Shown here: in pieces, positions 34,201-48,481 of the stretch
Layout: the number at the start of each line of letters is the position of its first letter
Position numbering within the stretch: the stretch's first letter is position 1
Origin: Obrimoposthia wandeli
Lineage: Eukaryota
Direction of reading: 5' to 3'
Assembly (NCBI GenBank): GCA_977020255.1
Contig: CDROCS010000840.1
Location: 496,001-560,000 of the forward strand
Length of the DNA stretch: 64,000 bases
The notes under the pieces: model-generated
Told to the model about the DNA's origin: nothing
The model's input: the letters and a program-made list of their open reading frames with translations, nothing else
The model's database searches: none
Program-made: the position numbers and the translations under genes

Positions 34201-36457
34201 ACTCGTTAGATTCTAAAATGGAACATTTTCTTTATATGCCCTACACAAAGTACTTGAATATAATTTTTGTTAGTAAAAGGAAGATTAGCAACCACATGAA
34301 ATATGTTATAGAGGCGGTAGGGTCTTATCTTGAACTCATGCTAGTTTCTGCTTTAGACAAATGTTTAGTAAATATCTAATCATTACTTTTATAACACCCG
34401 AAATAGCATTTAAGTAACTAAAAGGGTTAATTGAAAATATACCATTAGTGATATTATTCAATTAAATATAACAAACCAGAATCAACATAAAATTACCATT
34501 GATTTTATTTAATTTGAATAATACATTTTTCAAATTTACAAACGTAGCTTAACCTTAAATACTGTCTAACCTTCAATTATAAATTACATGTTTTCATATA
34601 CAATTTATATAATACTCCAATCTTGATTTATCACACTTTACTAATAACAATAAAAGATGGCTTATGTTACTTTTCTGCCTCGTTTCTTTCAAAAATTTGA
34701 AAATATCTGCTTTAATTTGCTATTATTTTTGATAACATTTCAAAATGATTGTTGTTCATTTTGCAATTGAACTGAAATGATAAATCAAAATTTTAAATAA
34801 GCAATTTTTTAAAATATTTTGTTTTAAATTACTTTTTAACAAAGAATGACATGCTGTAGTTCTTTTATTTTTTATAGAAAACTTAGGTTTTGAAATAACT
34901 TTTGAAATATAATTTAAATATTCAGATGATTATATAATAATCGTCTACTAACACAAACTATCAATTACTACAAACTAATATCGTGACAGTGCTACCATAT
35001 ATTTGTATTTATATAGAAAATATAAAGTCAAAGTCTTCAACAATTTACAACAATTTAAAATCGGAAAAGAAGACCGGAACAAAGAGCTAACACATGGCTC
35101 TTCTGGTGTAGTCCGCGGTAGCGGTTATGTAATCTTCGAGGCGGAAGAAGTCATCGCTATTTGTCTCCAAGAAGCTGCGAGAAATATTTCAATTACTATT
35201 ATTAAAAAATTATATTTTTAGGTTTCAAAAAACGAAGGAAAGTCATTTAAGCTTTAGAAAGGTTTTCAGCAAAAGAAAGCATCAGAGATTGTTGACGTTT
35301 CTAAGATTCAAAAATGTCAGAGGATTTTTCAAAAATGAAAAATTATGCCAGATGAAGCGAACAAATTTTAAAGTCAAATCCCAGTTTCCTAAATTCAATT
35401 TCATGGCAAATGAGTTTCCAAACCAACTGTATTCAGACAGCCGCGAGGTAATTGAGCAGAAAAGAATAAGTCTTCAATTGCAGTAGTACATGCACATCTC
35501 AATAGCACACAAACTAGCGATATCTGCCATACAGTCTCACACAAGATTATTGAGTGCACCAGACAGATTCAGATACAATATCAATAAAGGGTGGTAAAAA
35601 TTCATTCCAGTAAAACCGTAGAATTTAACATTAGTTTAAGTTTAAATGAAAAACACAAAATTTCATTTCCCATAAAATTAATTTCCAATCTGAAGCCTCC
35701 AGCTAGCGAAAATTCATATGAAAATTTAGAAACATGTCGAATTTTTTCTGGCGAAAATTTAAAAAGTTTTACCAAAGCAGCCATAACGTAACGTATTCAC
35801 ATAAACAAAAATATATTACAAATTATACTTAGAGATAATGTAAAATGTTGAAAGAAATTGAAGTGTAATTTTACATTTTACTCTACATCATCTTACAAAG
35901 AATTAAGATCTTTCAATTTTTATATATTGCTTTTTGAATACATTACAGTCAAAGGTAAATTAAGGTAAAGTAAATTAAGGAAGTAAATTATTTTTGGTTG
36001 AAATAATCATAGCATTATGAATATTCACAGACAGGAATTGAAAGCCGATCGAAACAGTTCCAGCATTGAAGTCAAAGATAACCAATGAAATATATCTGGA
36101 CAGGGAAGTAACCAACAATGCAAAAACTATAAATAAAAATCTTTAAAATACAAAAATAAAATTATTAAAATTAAATTTACATATTAAAACAATATACAAG
36201 TTATATTAATTCATTTGTTAGTCAGGAAACGTTAAGAGGAATTTGACGGTTTTAACGTGATTCAAAACATATCACATGCTTTCTACTTTCACCCATAATC
36301 ACAGGCTACTTGTACACATAATAGATTAGGAAAATAACCATTAAAAAAAAAATATATATATATATTTAAAAAAACGGAAAATTTATAAATTAAAATATTT
36401 CTTTATCAGAAGGGGAATAATAATCTTGAAACCACCATTGAAATAAAATCCACTTAC

Positions 36458-39400
36458 TCGACAAAATGTTGCAGTAGATCGCTAAGGCACTGCATGCTAA
36501 GCTTGTCAGTTCTGGTATATGTGACAAGCTTCTGGATGTTGACTGAAGACAGATGAATTGTGAATAAAATAAGGACAAAACAATATATAAGGACACTAAC
36601 ATTTACACATACTTAATAACTATTTCATTTGTTTTGCATAAATTCATATCAAAGAGAAAATAATCATATTTTATTAGTTATTTATAACTTTAGATATTTT
36701 AACACTTTAAAAAATATTTGCTTTACGACATGAATACCGTGCAATAAATTTACGGGCAGTTCAAAAATATAACTATAAGAAAATTGTTGTAAAGAAAATT
36801 AAATTGAAAAGTTTTAAATTGTATGGAGAAATTTACAGAATTAACAGAGTTTGGAAAAGAAAGAAAATTTCCACTCTCAAAGATGGACATTCTTATCGTT
36901 AAATAGCAAATTAAATTAGTAAAGCCGCCTTTCATAATTATATGATAGAAAGACAATATAAAGTCAGAAAGAAGTTTTCGACCGAAAACTGATAATAATA
37001 AAAGACCTTTAAATCGTGCATCAGTGAACAATATTAGAAGTACGTCAATGGAACAATCTAAAATAAGTTTAAAAATGGTTATAAATGAAATATTTTCCAA
37101 TAACTAAAGAACTAAAAAGTTTAATGACCCAATAATGTATTAGAGCGATGAAAGAATATATTTAGATATTTATTTCTAAGAACATATTAGTAAAGGTAAT
37201 TGATAAATATAGAAATTTACAGACTAGAGTAAATTTATCCAAAGAACATAACTCTTTATTTGTTGAATGATATCTTTTTAAATTTACAGTAAATATTTTT
37301 GGTATCACTTCAATATGTAACCAAATAATTAAGCTTTAAGTAGTTTGAATGGCTTAGTAAACAACTTTTTTTGTCGAATGGCGTCAAACAAAAATTATAA
37401 TGCTCGTATATATCGCCTGTTCTAATTAAACTCGGGTTTTCGATGAAACTTATATCCATATCACCATAAACTTTATAACAGGTTGTAATGAACATCGTAA
37501 TACATAGTCGACATTAAATTTACCTGTGAAATCTTTGTCTTTAACATCTTGCTTCAGTGATCAGGTTGATATAATACTCAGACTTTATGGCTCCATCAGT
37601 AAAATAAAAATTTGACATACCCATAGTGTCCCAAAATCCTTCAAATTTATATATTTTCAGTTTGAAGTTCCAGAGCGTATCACATTTGGTTGCTTTTCAT
37701 AAAGGAAAACCTTTTTCAAATCTGTACATTTTAAACATTTTTGAAATAAACGCTGTTAAAAAAAGTATTAATACATCTTAACAAAGTCAGGGAGAATGAG
37801 AAAATGTTATATGTGTTCATTGTTTCAAATATATAATTTAGTTAAGTTTTATACTGTTTTGCGAGTCTAAGGTCATGAGCCTCACCACGTAAACTACAGT
37901 TTTTCAAGGGTGAAACAAACCATTTAAACAGTACAGTATAAGTCGTGGTGGGCAGCCAGTTTGATGACCCTGATTTAGAAACAACAACTCACTCAGAAGT
38001 CGCAAAATGTACATGGCACTGTAGATCCCACTCAGTTCCGACTTGGCGGTGGTGTTCTTGTTAACGATATCAAAATACTGCTGTCGCTCGAACTTGTAGA
38101 GCAACATGGAGCCCAACGACACATTGAAGTACTTCTTGAGGCCCTCGATGAGCTCCATGCGCATCTCCATCGTCTTCCGGAACTGAGCGGGCGACTCCTC
38201 GCCATCAATTTTGGTCTGGTCCACAAATGTGCGGTATCGACCCAGCAATTCATTCACTGTAATGCGAGCCGGCATGTTGCATAGCTGCGCGGATAGAACA
38301 CTATTGTTATTAAATTGACAATTCATTCCATTTAACCGTGTAATACTTAATTCGTAAATTAATACATTCTTGGTAATTTATTTTAAAATAAAAATAACGG
38401 GTAATTAAAAGTGAAATTATTTAATGACGTCATTTCAAATATTCTCTTGATATTGCTTTTGGAATTACAAATATTGTTATAAAATGAGTTTATCTCTAAA
38501 TTTATTTTCAAATGGAAGACGAAAATTGCTATTTTAAAAGAACTCTCATATTCTTCCGACACATATAGGATGAACATAAACCTCTTTTTTATACACATAT
38601 TCACATATAAATAGAAAATGTCCACAATATCTTCTGTGCTCGCTTTGCTGCTTTTTACGAGGCATTGAATCGAAAAGTTTGCTGAGGGTTTATTGGATAC
38701 TAGTATCACGACTCTGGATATGATGTTTTGTTGTCACATTTTCCTGTTTCCAACTATCTTTTTCCACTATCAAAGATTTTCTGTTTTTCAAGTCAGTTAA
38801 TATCTGTGTTTTCCTAGGTCTATCAACTAGCATTATACTCTGTTATTTTCTCACGGTACCCTCTACTAAATATATCTGTTAATGTTATCAATACTCTATA
38901 TTTTAATAGTTTTTAAATAGTATTTTGCTTTAATATTTGCACAATTACATTTTTATTAATTTTTATTATAACCAATGGCCCAAAACGTATACCCTGGATT
39001 GGCGGGTGATGAGATCCCAGTCGTCTGCGAGCCACAGTCTCAATTTCTCTGACATCGTGAACTGCAGTGTGTCAGAATTGATGGAGTTGTTGTACGTGTC
39101 CTGCAAGATCATGTACAATTAAAACAGGATGGGTTGTATAAATGTAAAAAAACATTTACTTAAACATTTAATAAAATGAAAAGTCAGTTATTAATTTTAA
39201 TAACAAAAAATGAGTGTAACAATCTATTTGCTGTTCAGAAAATATTATGAAGACTAATGGAGAACAGGAAGCAATTTGAGTAATTTATTTTACATTAAAG
39301 CTAAATTGTTCTTTACTGGTCAGAATTGAACTAAGAAAAATCTAGTAAGTTCACAACCCTAAAATTCAGTTTAATGGAATTTGATAAACGTGCAACTTCA

Positions 39401-42400
39401 TGTACTACTGTAAACTGTGTGTTTATTGGTGTATAATTAAGTATACGGCACATGTTTATGCTGTCACAACAAAAAATCGTCGGGAACACTTGTCAATTAG
39501 TAACCTTCTAAAGTACATGCCTTACCTTTCTCAAAGATGTACATGCAGCCATACGAAACCCTTTAATTGTAATAACATAGAATCAAGGACATTATATGAC
39601 ATTTTTACAGTAATACAGCTATGAAACTTTTATCATCTTTCATTTAAAAATATATATAAAAAGTCTAAAATAATCCAATATAACACAGGTTCACAATTTT
39701 TTGATTTTTTAAATGATTTTCCAACAATATAGTTTAAAAGACGTAGAAACATTTTGTACTAGTCAGAATTAATTTACCTCAAAAAATAACCGAGATATGA
39801 GATCACTGAGATAATAAGGTACTAAATGTATATTTAATTCAAACAAAAACACCAATTTTTAAATAATGTATTGACGAGCTATTACATTCTGTGGTACGGT
39901 AAAAAAACAATCGACACATAAGGTGATATTGCATTTTGAGCAATATGTTCTTGATCGTGAAGAACAGGGCTTGTTTTGACATCTTCTTTGATGATCCTGT
40001 TTTCTTATAATGTGACCTTTGGAGTCGAATCGAATACTTGGTTCATTTTTTGATGGTCCGAGTACTGATTTTTTCCAACCAAGCTGACATCTAGGACTTG
40101 CCAATTTTAAATATGACATGGTAATAGCACTTCTAAAAGACAACAAATCGATAGATTCTTTTGGATCATCCTGTACAAATTTGTAAATTATCCATAAATT
40201 TACAACACTGCCATATCAATAATACGAGTAAAAAGAGGCCAATACCACTTTTTATCTCGAATTGATGTTGAGTATTTATTTGCTAACCATTCATGTTCGT
40301 CAACACCTCCCATGTAAACATTATAGTTTTTCAATTTATTTGATTGAGAAACATACCCTCTTATCTTTATGTATTTTTGCCAACGTTGTACTTTTCCTAA
40401 TGGCTCTACTGTGTCGTAATTAGTCCCAACAATTACACATTTGTTATCAAGCCATTTAACAATTAGAATTTTCTCATTCGAGTCAAATCTATAGTCGTAT
40501 ACCCCCTTTCTGTTTTTTCATTTCTTTTGATTCGATCAACGGACAATTATTTAATCTATTTTCACTAAAATTTAATTTAATATCATTACCTATCACTTGG
40601 CTGCCAGTTGAATCCTCCACATGTAATTCCAGTATACCAGTATATTTGTAAAATATATAAAAAGTACATAAGCCTCTATAGTTGCTTCACAAAGTATCCT
40701 TTTAGGGGGTGATCTCATAAAAAAAATCCCCAAGTGCTGGACTTTCATACTGTCGGCCATGCAGACGAAGAAAGAAAAGTATAGCTTTTCATAACCAATT
40801 GATTTAACAAAAATAGTTTTTTACTCCCACAATATTTTTCATATACTTTAATACTCAAAGAATTATGATAAATATAAACTCATTCAATGAGGTTTACATT
40901 TTAAAGTGATTTACACTTTTCCCGTCTACATTTATCATTTCTAAATTTCTATATAGACCCTGGTTGTGACTCACAAGGTCGCCGATGTTCTCGTCGAGAG
41001 GAAGCAGTACTTTCTTCTTGGAACGGGAGCTCGTGGCCGACTTGCTGATGGTCTGAGGCAGCTCGGCGACGACAGCAGTCCCAGCGCCTGTCGGAGTCAG
41101 ATCAGAGGGTTGGCTGTCGTCACCGAGGCCGGACACACTGGCGGTCGCCTCCAGCACCTCATCCATCGTTATGCTGTCCACACCTCCAACCGGTTTGTCT
41201 TCGCCCACTGACGGAGTTACAATCGTGGTTGTAGTCGTAGTGGTCCCGTCGCCGGCATCACTGCCTGATGCTAGTATTCGACGACCTCCCAGATCCAGGC
41301 TAGCCTGCGATTTGGAGATATGTGAAACCATAACATGGAAGTCAAAGGTTATTATACACATTTCTATCCTGAATTCAAAACTGTAAATCCAAAATAAAAT
41401 GTTTGGTTCATCCCACATCACCAGTTCTACTTTTCAAAAAATTATCCACTAGGAATTCATATTAAATCGTGCAACTTCAACATGCAGTTATGTTTACAAT
41501 GATTCCATATAGAATTAAGTTCATTTAATTTTAAGATTAAATATAATCATTATAACGATTAATGAAAAGAAATTTAAAAATTTTCAATCAAAACAATTTC
41601 ACGATTTAAATTTTTAACAAATTATTTAAGGATATAAACACTGAAATCTAGTTTATAAAAGCTATTTAATACCTATCTTTTAACTTATCTTAAATTATTC
41701 TTCAACAAAAACGTTTTTAAAGCCCTTTGAAGGTATCAATATTCTTGCAATTTTTCAGTGATAGCTGACAATAAAATATTGAACTCTAAACTTTTTGAAG
41801 CTATATGTTTTGTTTATAATTTTTAGGAAATATATTTGCTTATAAGATTCTATCAACATATCGATTAAGTACATAAGCTCTTTAAATAATAAGCATTTTT
41901 GGGTTGGCATAATTAATTTATATTCTAACATGTTTTTATAGGAAACTCATGTAGTTTTTTATATATAATTGATTCACATACAAATTAATCGTACTGACTT
42001 GTTCATAAAAGTTTGCTAATGATTTATCGGCTTATTTAGATGGTTCGTGAGCATTTTATTACAGAAATATCCTCTAGGAGATAACTGAAACTTAATTTAT
42101 ATCTTAACCTGTACCTTAAAATATTTATGTTTATAATAATTTCCTTAGATAAGGACAGTTTCTGAATACCAGTGGCTAAAATTCCTTAAAGTTAAAGGTT
42201 TGTGAAATGCTTCAAGGGACTTTTTTAAAAATTGAGTAAAGTCCTTTAATTTTCATACAAATTTTGTCTTTTTGTGATTGTTTACTGAAAGGCTCTGGTA
42301 ATATGACATGATACGTTAAATTTGTCTAGGATATTTTGCTAGTAAGTGTATAATTGCTGGAGTTTGGTTGCTCACCTCTGCTGATTCTACCACACTCTTG

Positions 42401-45400
42401 CGCTTGCGTCCTCTCCCACGACCGCGTCCTCGGCCTCGGCCAGAAAAGACAGCAATAGATATATCGTCAGCCACGCCGCCACCTGCGGCACCAACCATAT
42501 CGCCACCGAAGCTCATCACCTCACTCATACCCGCCTCGGGGCGTACCTCAGTCTCGTCAAGCAGCTGCTGCAACATCGCTCCATTGCTACTTGCCGCATC
42601 TTCCTCCGATTCTACCACACTCCGATTGCTTGTCTCCGAAACAGAACCCATACGCTTGCCTCGGTGCGATTCCGCCGACTTGCAGCTGCTGCCTCCACCA
42701 CGTCGCCTTTCGCTAACTACCTTTTTCTTGTCCTTCTTTTTCGTAGACTCCCTGCTATAATAGAAACGGATTACAATTTCAACAAATGTCACTTCATAAT
42801 TAAGAAGTTAATATAACGAGACTCTTGTGAACGACAAAAATGAAAATAAATTAGTTTAGTAATGTTAGTAATTTTAAATTACATAATGATGGATCAGATG
42901 ACAAACAATCAAAATATATGAATCATTTACCAAGGCCACTTCTGAAGGAAACTTGTGAGGCACAATTGGTATCCGTAGAGGGTGATGTGATAGTTATTGA
43001 TGGCAGAGAAGACATCAATACTGAGCTAGATACCAATAGTCTTCCCCAATACAAAACGCCTAGACGTTGTAAAGGAATAGAATGCATTAGGTACATAATT
43101 CGAAAAAAAGCCTACGGGTTATATAGATAAAATATTGACATTTATTTCAAAATTCGTTACTTTTTGTGTTTTTACGAATTGAATTTTAAATCACATGCAT
43201 CTTCTAATATATTTTAGGATTTCTTTAGTTCTTGCATTCGTAAATACAGTTAATTTGTAGGTAAAGTCTAGTTTTTTACGAACTTTCGTCTCTTATTTAT
43301 TTTTGAAAAAAGCTATAACATCACGTTTTCATTTCAAAAGTACACAGATATTAATTTTTGTTAATCTGTTAATTTGACTAAAGGAAATATAGATACATAA
43401 AATTTATGCTACTGGGAAAATAAATTAATTTTATTCTTTAAGTAATTTTAAGACTTTTTGTGTGTTAGAAATCAAATCAAATAGATGAAAAAATAAAACT
43501 CACAAACAAGGTTAAAAAAATCAAATTTTATAGCTTAATTTTAAATATAAATTCAATAATTTTTATACCAGATATTTATAAAATGAAATATAAAAGCAAC
43601 GATATTTTAGTCAAGATATGAGCGGAAATTTAAAAAAATCACTGAAAAACGTGTATGATCGAAAAAGTGGTGGTAGCCATTATTTGCATATATAATTAAA
43701 ACATTTACTATCTATACTTGGAAACTATGTCGACAAAAGGCCTAACAAGTTTATTGCAGGAAAGTGTTCATGGCCCACCACAGAAATGAAATCAGCAATC
43801 TTACGGGATCTGCAGCCGATGCAGTTAAACAGAATGGCTGAAAACACTGGTTATTTAATCTGCTAAATCAGCTGATTCTTCCGGGTCAAGATAAAAAAAG
43901 ATTGCAGTCCGCCACAAACCGACAAAGATTCGATATGATATTGTGACGTAGAATTATATATAAAACGTTTCATAACCTTACCCCCTTCATGCTCCAAAGC
44001 ATTTGAAGTCCAATCTACAACGATTCCTAAATAAGTTAAACTTAAAACTTATAAACATTTGTACATATCTATTATATAAGTTCTAATATATGCATGTATA
44101 TGTTTTATGATTGTGTAAAGTTTGTATACACATACTTACATGTGTAATGATCCTTTCAGTATATTGTTTAATTGTACAGGGTACCCAAAAAAATCAAAAC
44201 AAATAATAATCTAATATACAAATAGTAAATATTTACAAATCGATTCAATTTATAATTTAATATACATAGTATTCATTGATTGGCTGGTAAATTTTCTATT
44301 TTTAGTTTTTGTTAAGGTCTAGATTGGATTTACTATTTTGAAATGTCTCACTTAACTGATTTTCAACACCAAGTGATAATTTTATTCAAACCAGTGCAGC
44401 CCACATGGAGCCGAGCAAAGTGTTTAGAAATTTTACCGAACTTCTCTAGCAGCATAAGAAAAAACCAAATGGATCAAGCCTATCAAAGAGAAAGTAAGGT
44501 AGGATCGCAGTAGCAAGTCGTCGTAAAATTTGGTCTGGTACAGCTTTTTCTTTTCAACGAGATAAATTGTTTCTCAATTACGAATATCCAATGGAAGTGC
44601 CTTCAATATTTTGAATAAATCGGCGCTTAAATGCTTCCGGCTTTAGGCATTGTCAAGCTCGTATTGCAAATGTACAGGAATTCATCAATTGTTGTGCTGA
44701 TAATGAATTGTCGAAGAATTTTTGACGAAGTGATTTGCCGTATCTCTGTACGTATATACGGCGAGGTTGAACTAAAAACGGGCATTTCTCCAGAGAATAT
44801 TTTAATACAGTGTGACAAACAACAACCTTCAATAATGTGCTATGCATCCGTTTCTTATGATAAGTCAGAACTGAGATTCGTGTAAGAAACAGCACGTGGA
44901 GAAGACATTCCTATTCATCGGAGGGGGAAAACTGTCAAGGTCGTCTACAGGGAAGAAACGTATCATGTGATGTTCAATAATATTAGTATGATAATGGGTG
45001 TTAGACCGTGGACGTGGCAGCATAACTATTAAGGATTAATACACCGAATGGCCGTCAAGAAGTCTTGACCTTAATGTTTTGGGACATACTTCTCACCAAC
45101 CTGTCAAGATATCGCTAATATCGAGCAACAAAAGGCATTTTTGAAGGAAGATAGTTAACTGCGTAATATGCCAACAATGGATAGTGTATTACAAGGGTAT
45201 TTTATATTTTTACTTGTTTAAATGCACATCTACAGATATGTTAGACAAGGAACCACCATAATTACAGATTGTCATGGCGGGGATCGACTTTACGGGGGCA
45301 TTTTATCATATATCTGAGCAGGGAAGCTTTTAACTTTCAACACGAATGCGATTTTTATACTTTTAAATGTTTGCTCATCGGATTACGGCAAGCTCCGGCT

Positions 45401-47647
45401 ATGCAGAAATGGGTACTGTTGCAGATTCTCAAAAACCCATGCAAAAATATGATGACATTCTGGTGGTTGGACGACCCGACAACAAAATATTTCAGCAGCT
45501 CCTCACCTTCTTGCAGACTTGGCATGTGTAAATCAACCAGAAGAAATCGCAATTACTGCCTTGTGTGCAGTTACAATGTTGCGGAATGTTGATTAATTGG
45601 GCACGCCAAAGTATAACTGTGACCCCGGAACACTGGGATATCACACTTTTTATATTGCGTTGTTGTGCAACTGATTCCCAAATTAACAATTTAAAAGACA
45701 CACGGTTTATGGTTACCCATATGACACAAAACCTGTCTGTATAAACTATGATAAAGATTTGAAGGGTAGTCAACAGGAAACCTCTGTGATCGCAACAGCC
45801 ATAAATCACCCGATTGAGAAAGTTGAGAGCTGTTGCGAAGTTCTAGAAGTAAATGTGGAGATGAGGTTCGACAGTCGCTCAAAGTTTGTAAGTGTTGCTG
45901 AAGAAAATGATTGATGCACGAAGAGGGTTATTTTAAATAAGTTTCAAAGAGGCAAATTTATTATCGATATATTAAAAAATTAAATTAACAGTAGGTTTTG
46001 TGCTGCGGATAGGGCTACAACAGAGTTCGGCCGAAGTCTAAGAAAGCTCTAGTTGATGCAGAGGTAATTTTCTACAGATAGAAAGGCCAAGTGAGACTTA
46101 ATTAGAATAAGTTGCAGAATAATTAATTTTGGATAAAAAGAATGAACGTGGCCTTTGGGAAGGATAATCAACAATAATTCAAGTGACAGATGGAGTTGGA
46201 TGCGTTGCTTCGGTATAAGCAATTATCCGTTGAGGACTTGGTCAGGGGATTAGCCTTTATTTGGCTAAGGCTCAGGTTTTTTAAACTCACATATTGATAA
46301 ACTTGTGTGTTAATAGAGAGAATAAATATTTTTTTGAAGAAGTTTTTATTTTAAAAGAAATAATGAGCGAAAGACAAAAATGGAAATACTGCACTGACTT
46401 GAATTTTGTCATCAAACATAACCGTGCCCTTTTGTACAACGTTGATTTGATGACCCAAAGAAAAAAGTTAAGTCGTTATGTCTTTTTCATGTGGAAAGAA
46501 ATTAGTTCAAAACTATGTAATTCCAACTGGAATGAAAACAATGTTCCAAGGTAATCTTAACTTGAATATTCACCATGAACGAGCACCAACATATAAGGTT
46601 ACTTAACTTATCATCCACTTCAAACGTGAAATTGGTGGTGAGATACGTAGTATAAAAAGCCAACCATGAAATCCAGGCAATTTTTATCAGAACTTCAGCA
46701 TAAAAACTATGTATAAGCACTGTCCAGTAATTTTAGTGGTTCAACTTATAAACTGAATTTACAAATTTCTTTATTTGAAAATTTATGTTGTAAGTATAAT
46801 TATATAAAAACGGTTACAATGATGCAATTATAATCACTATGATTCTGAAATCGAGTACATGCCTTATACATTTGCATTTAATACTGTGATTGTTTATTTT
46901 AGTACAACTCCTTGAAATATTTTTACATCATGCTGCTAATAAATGGGAAATTTTTTCCGTAAAAATTAATTTTTAGTTCATTTTTTTAAAACTTACTATT
47001 GATCTTGCAGTTCTGTTTGCTTTTTCAAACCAGCATCATTAAACTTTATAATTCTACTGTCTTTAACCCACTCGTCCCATCTGAAAAGAGAATGTAAATC
47101 ATTTCATTAATAATAATATATGTAAGGGTAATTTCAGTTTTTATTAATACGTTTCGTCAGGTTAATTAATATGTACAAATTAACAATTTCAGAATGGGCA
47201 TCCAAAGCTGTCTATTAAAGATGCATGTGTGCTCATATTATCTAACTTGCTATCTTTAGAAAATTTAAATATTTTAAATAATTTTAGATAAAAATTTTAA
47301 TTGTTTACAAATTTATAACCATATAATTAATTATAATGCAATTAATTCCTACAAAAATTAGACTCATTAAATACATAAAATAAAGTTTAAATTTACAAAT
47401 TAACATACGTTTTATTCCATCCTTGATAGTGAATAAAATATTTTGGTTCAACACTATCTGTATCGACATCGACACACTGTAAACATAAAAACAAAAAAAA
47501 GATATACATCAAATACTTTTGCTTCATATAGAAGAGGACCATGAAAACATAAAACCTTTTCTCCTGGAATTTTTAAAATTTTCAAAATATATGTTAACTA
47601 CCTTCTGCATATTTTAATTTTTCGCTTTTATCTATTTTCACAGGCAT
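36458..47647 (-). CDS. MORF4L1: MRG15/Eaf3 chromatin protein. Exons 47647-47602, 47563-47517, 47476-47409, 47080-46997, 42754-42376, 41304-40975, 39100-38993, 38284-37993, 36542-36458; last exon uncertain (candidate acceptor near 36095)
   Basis: Chromo-barrel KYAEGEKVLCFHGPLLYEAK...KYFIHYQGWNKTWDEWVKDSRIIKF and MRG domain LRLWLADDWDLITRQ...MPARITV...GLKKYFNVSLGSMLLYKFERQQY...IYSAMYILRLL. All GT-AG junctions are phase-compatible. Confidence 0.93.
39860..40620 (-). pseudogene. piggyBac (PGBD-type) transposase remnant in an MRG15 intron
   Basis: KWLDNKCV...YNVYMGGVD...KKWYWPLF...IDMAV, plus C-terminal Cys-rich RFDSKGH...RRCQ..PCSSRSRTYCSKCNITLCVDCF. Confidence 0.85.
42880..43130 (+). pseudogene. 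Possible piggyBac transposase N-terminal fragment
   Basis: DGSDDKQSKYMNHLPRPLL resembles the acidic D..D..NNLPR..L N-terminus of PGBD-type transposases; weak. Confidence 0.3.
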
Positions 47648-47741
47648 TTTGATTATAGTGAAGACAAAATGTTGAAGACAAAAGTGTTAAGTCAAAGGAT
47701 TTTTTCTGAATAATTTTTGTAAAGTACAAGTACTGAAAATT

Positions 47742-48481
47742 GAATCTATGTCGAAATAACTATTGACAAAATCACTAACTTTACTTTTTCAGAAAACGTC
47801 TAACTAATAGTTTTGTATTTTGTAATTTAAAGATTTACAATCTCTTTTTTTACAACTAATGAAATTCGTGTTATCTTTAAAATGTTAACTACTTATTAGG
47901 TTAAATAGTACATTTTATCTTGAATTTAAATTTAAATAACTTGTAAGCCTCATTTAAGAAAACTAGTTTGTTTAATTAACACTAATTTTTTTCAGCTTTG
48001 TAACTTTTAGAGAGAAGATACAATTGAACCAATTGCCGAGTGACTTTTTGTAGAGTAAGTTAAACTATTAATCCGTATTTTATCTAGTAACTTTCTAGTA
48101 ACTACGATTTAATTAATATATAAGATGTATTTAAAAATAAATGTTTTAAATTAACTTATATGTTAATTAAATATATTTAAAATTTTTAAAATGTATAATA
48201 AAAAAATATAAGTTTTTAAAATGTATAATAAAATATAAACATAAAACAGACAATAATAATATTTTAAAGTTAAAATATTTAGTACTACATATTAATTCGC
48301 TAAGTTAAAATAGACTACTTTTATTTCTTAGAAAGTGTTATTGTTTTAAGTATTAATTTTTGATTTGTTAATATTATCGTAATTGTTATATTTAAAGTTA
48401 TAAAGCTTAAATTTCAAAGTTAGACGTTTTCTGAAAGAGTAAAGTTAGTGATTTTGTCAATAGTTATTTCGACATAGATTC
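47742..48481. repeat. 64-bp inverted repeat pair (63/64 identical) enclosing ~610 bp of AT-rich DNA just upstream of MRG15
   Basis: 47742-47805 equals the reverse complement of 48418-48481 except one base; no clear TSD. Confidence 0.85.

Noticed and set aside
35003-35221. RRM-like exon (VRGSGYVIFE)
   Set aside because: Only an RNP1-like octamer; no RNP2 or consistent neighbouring exons found.
42368-42760. Plus-strand Pro/Arg-rich ORF
   Set aside because: Antisense of a GC-rich MRG15 exon.
44600-45900. Transposase or host gene in GC-richer segments of the MRG15 intron
   Set aside because: Several short ORFs on both strands but no recognisable motif; probably decayed elements.
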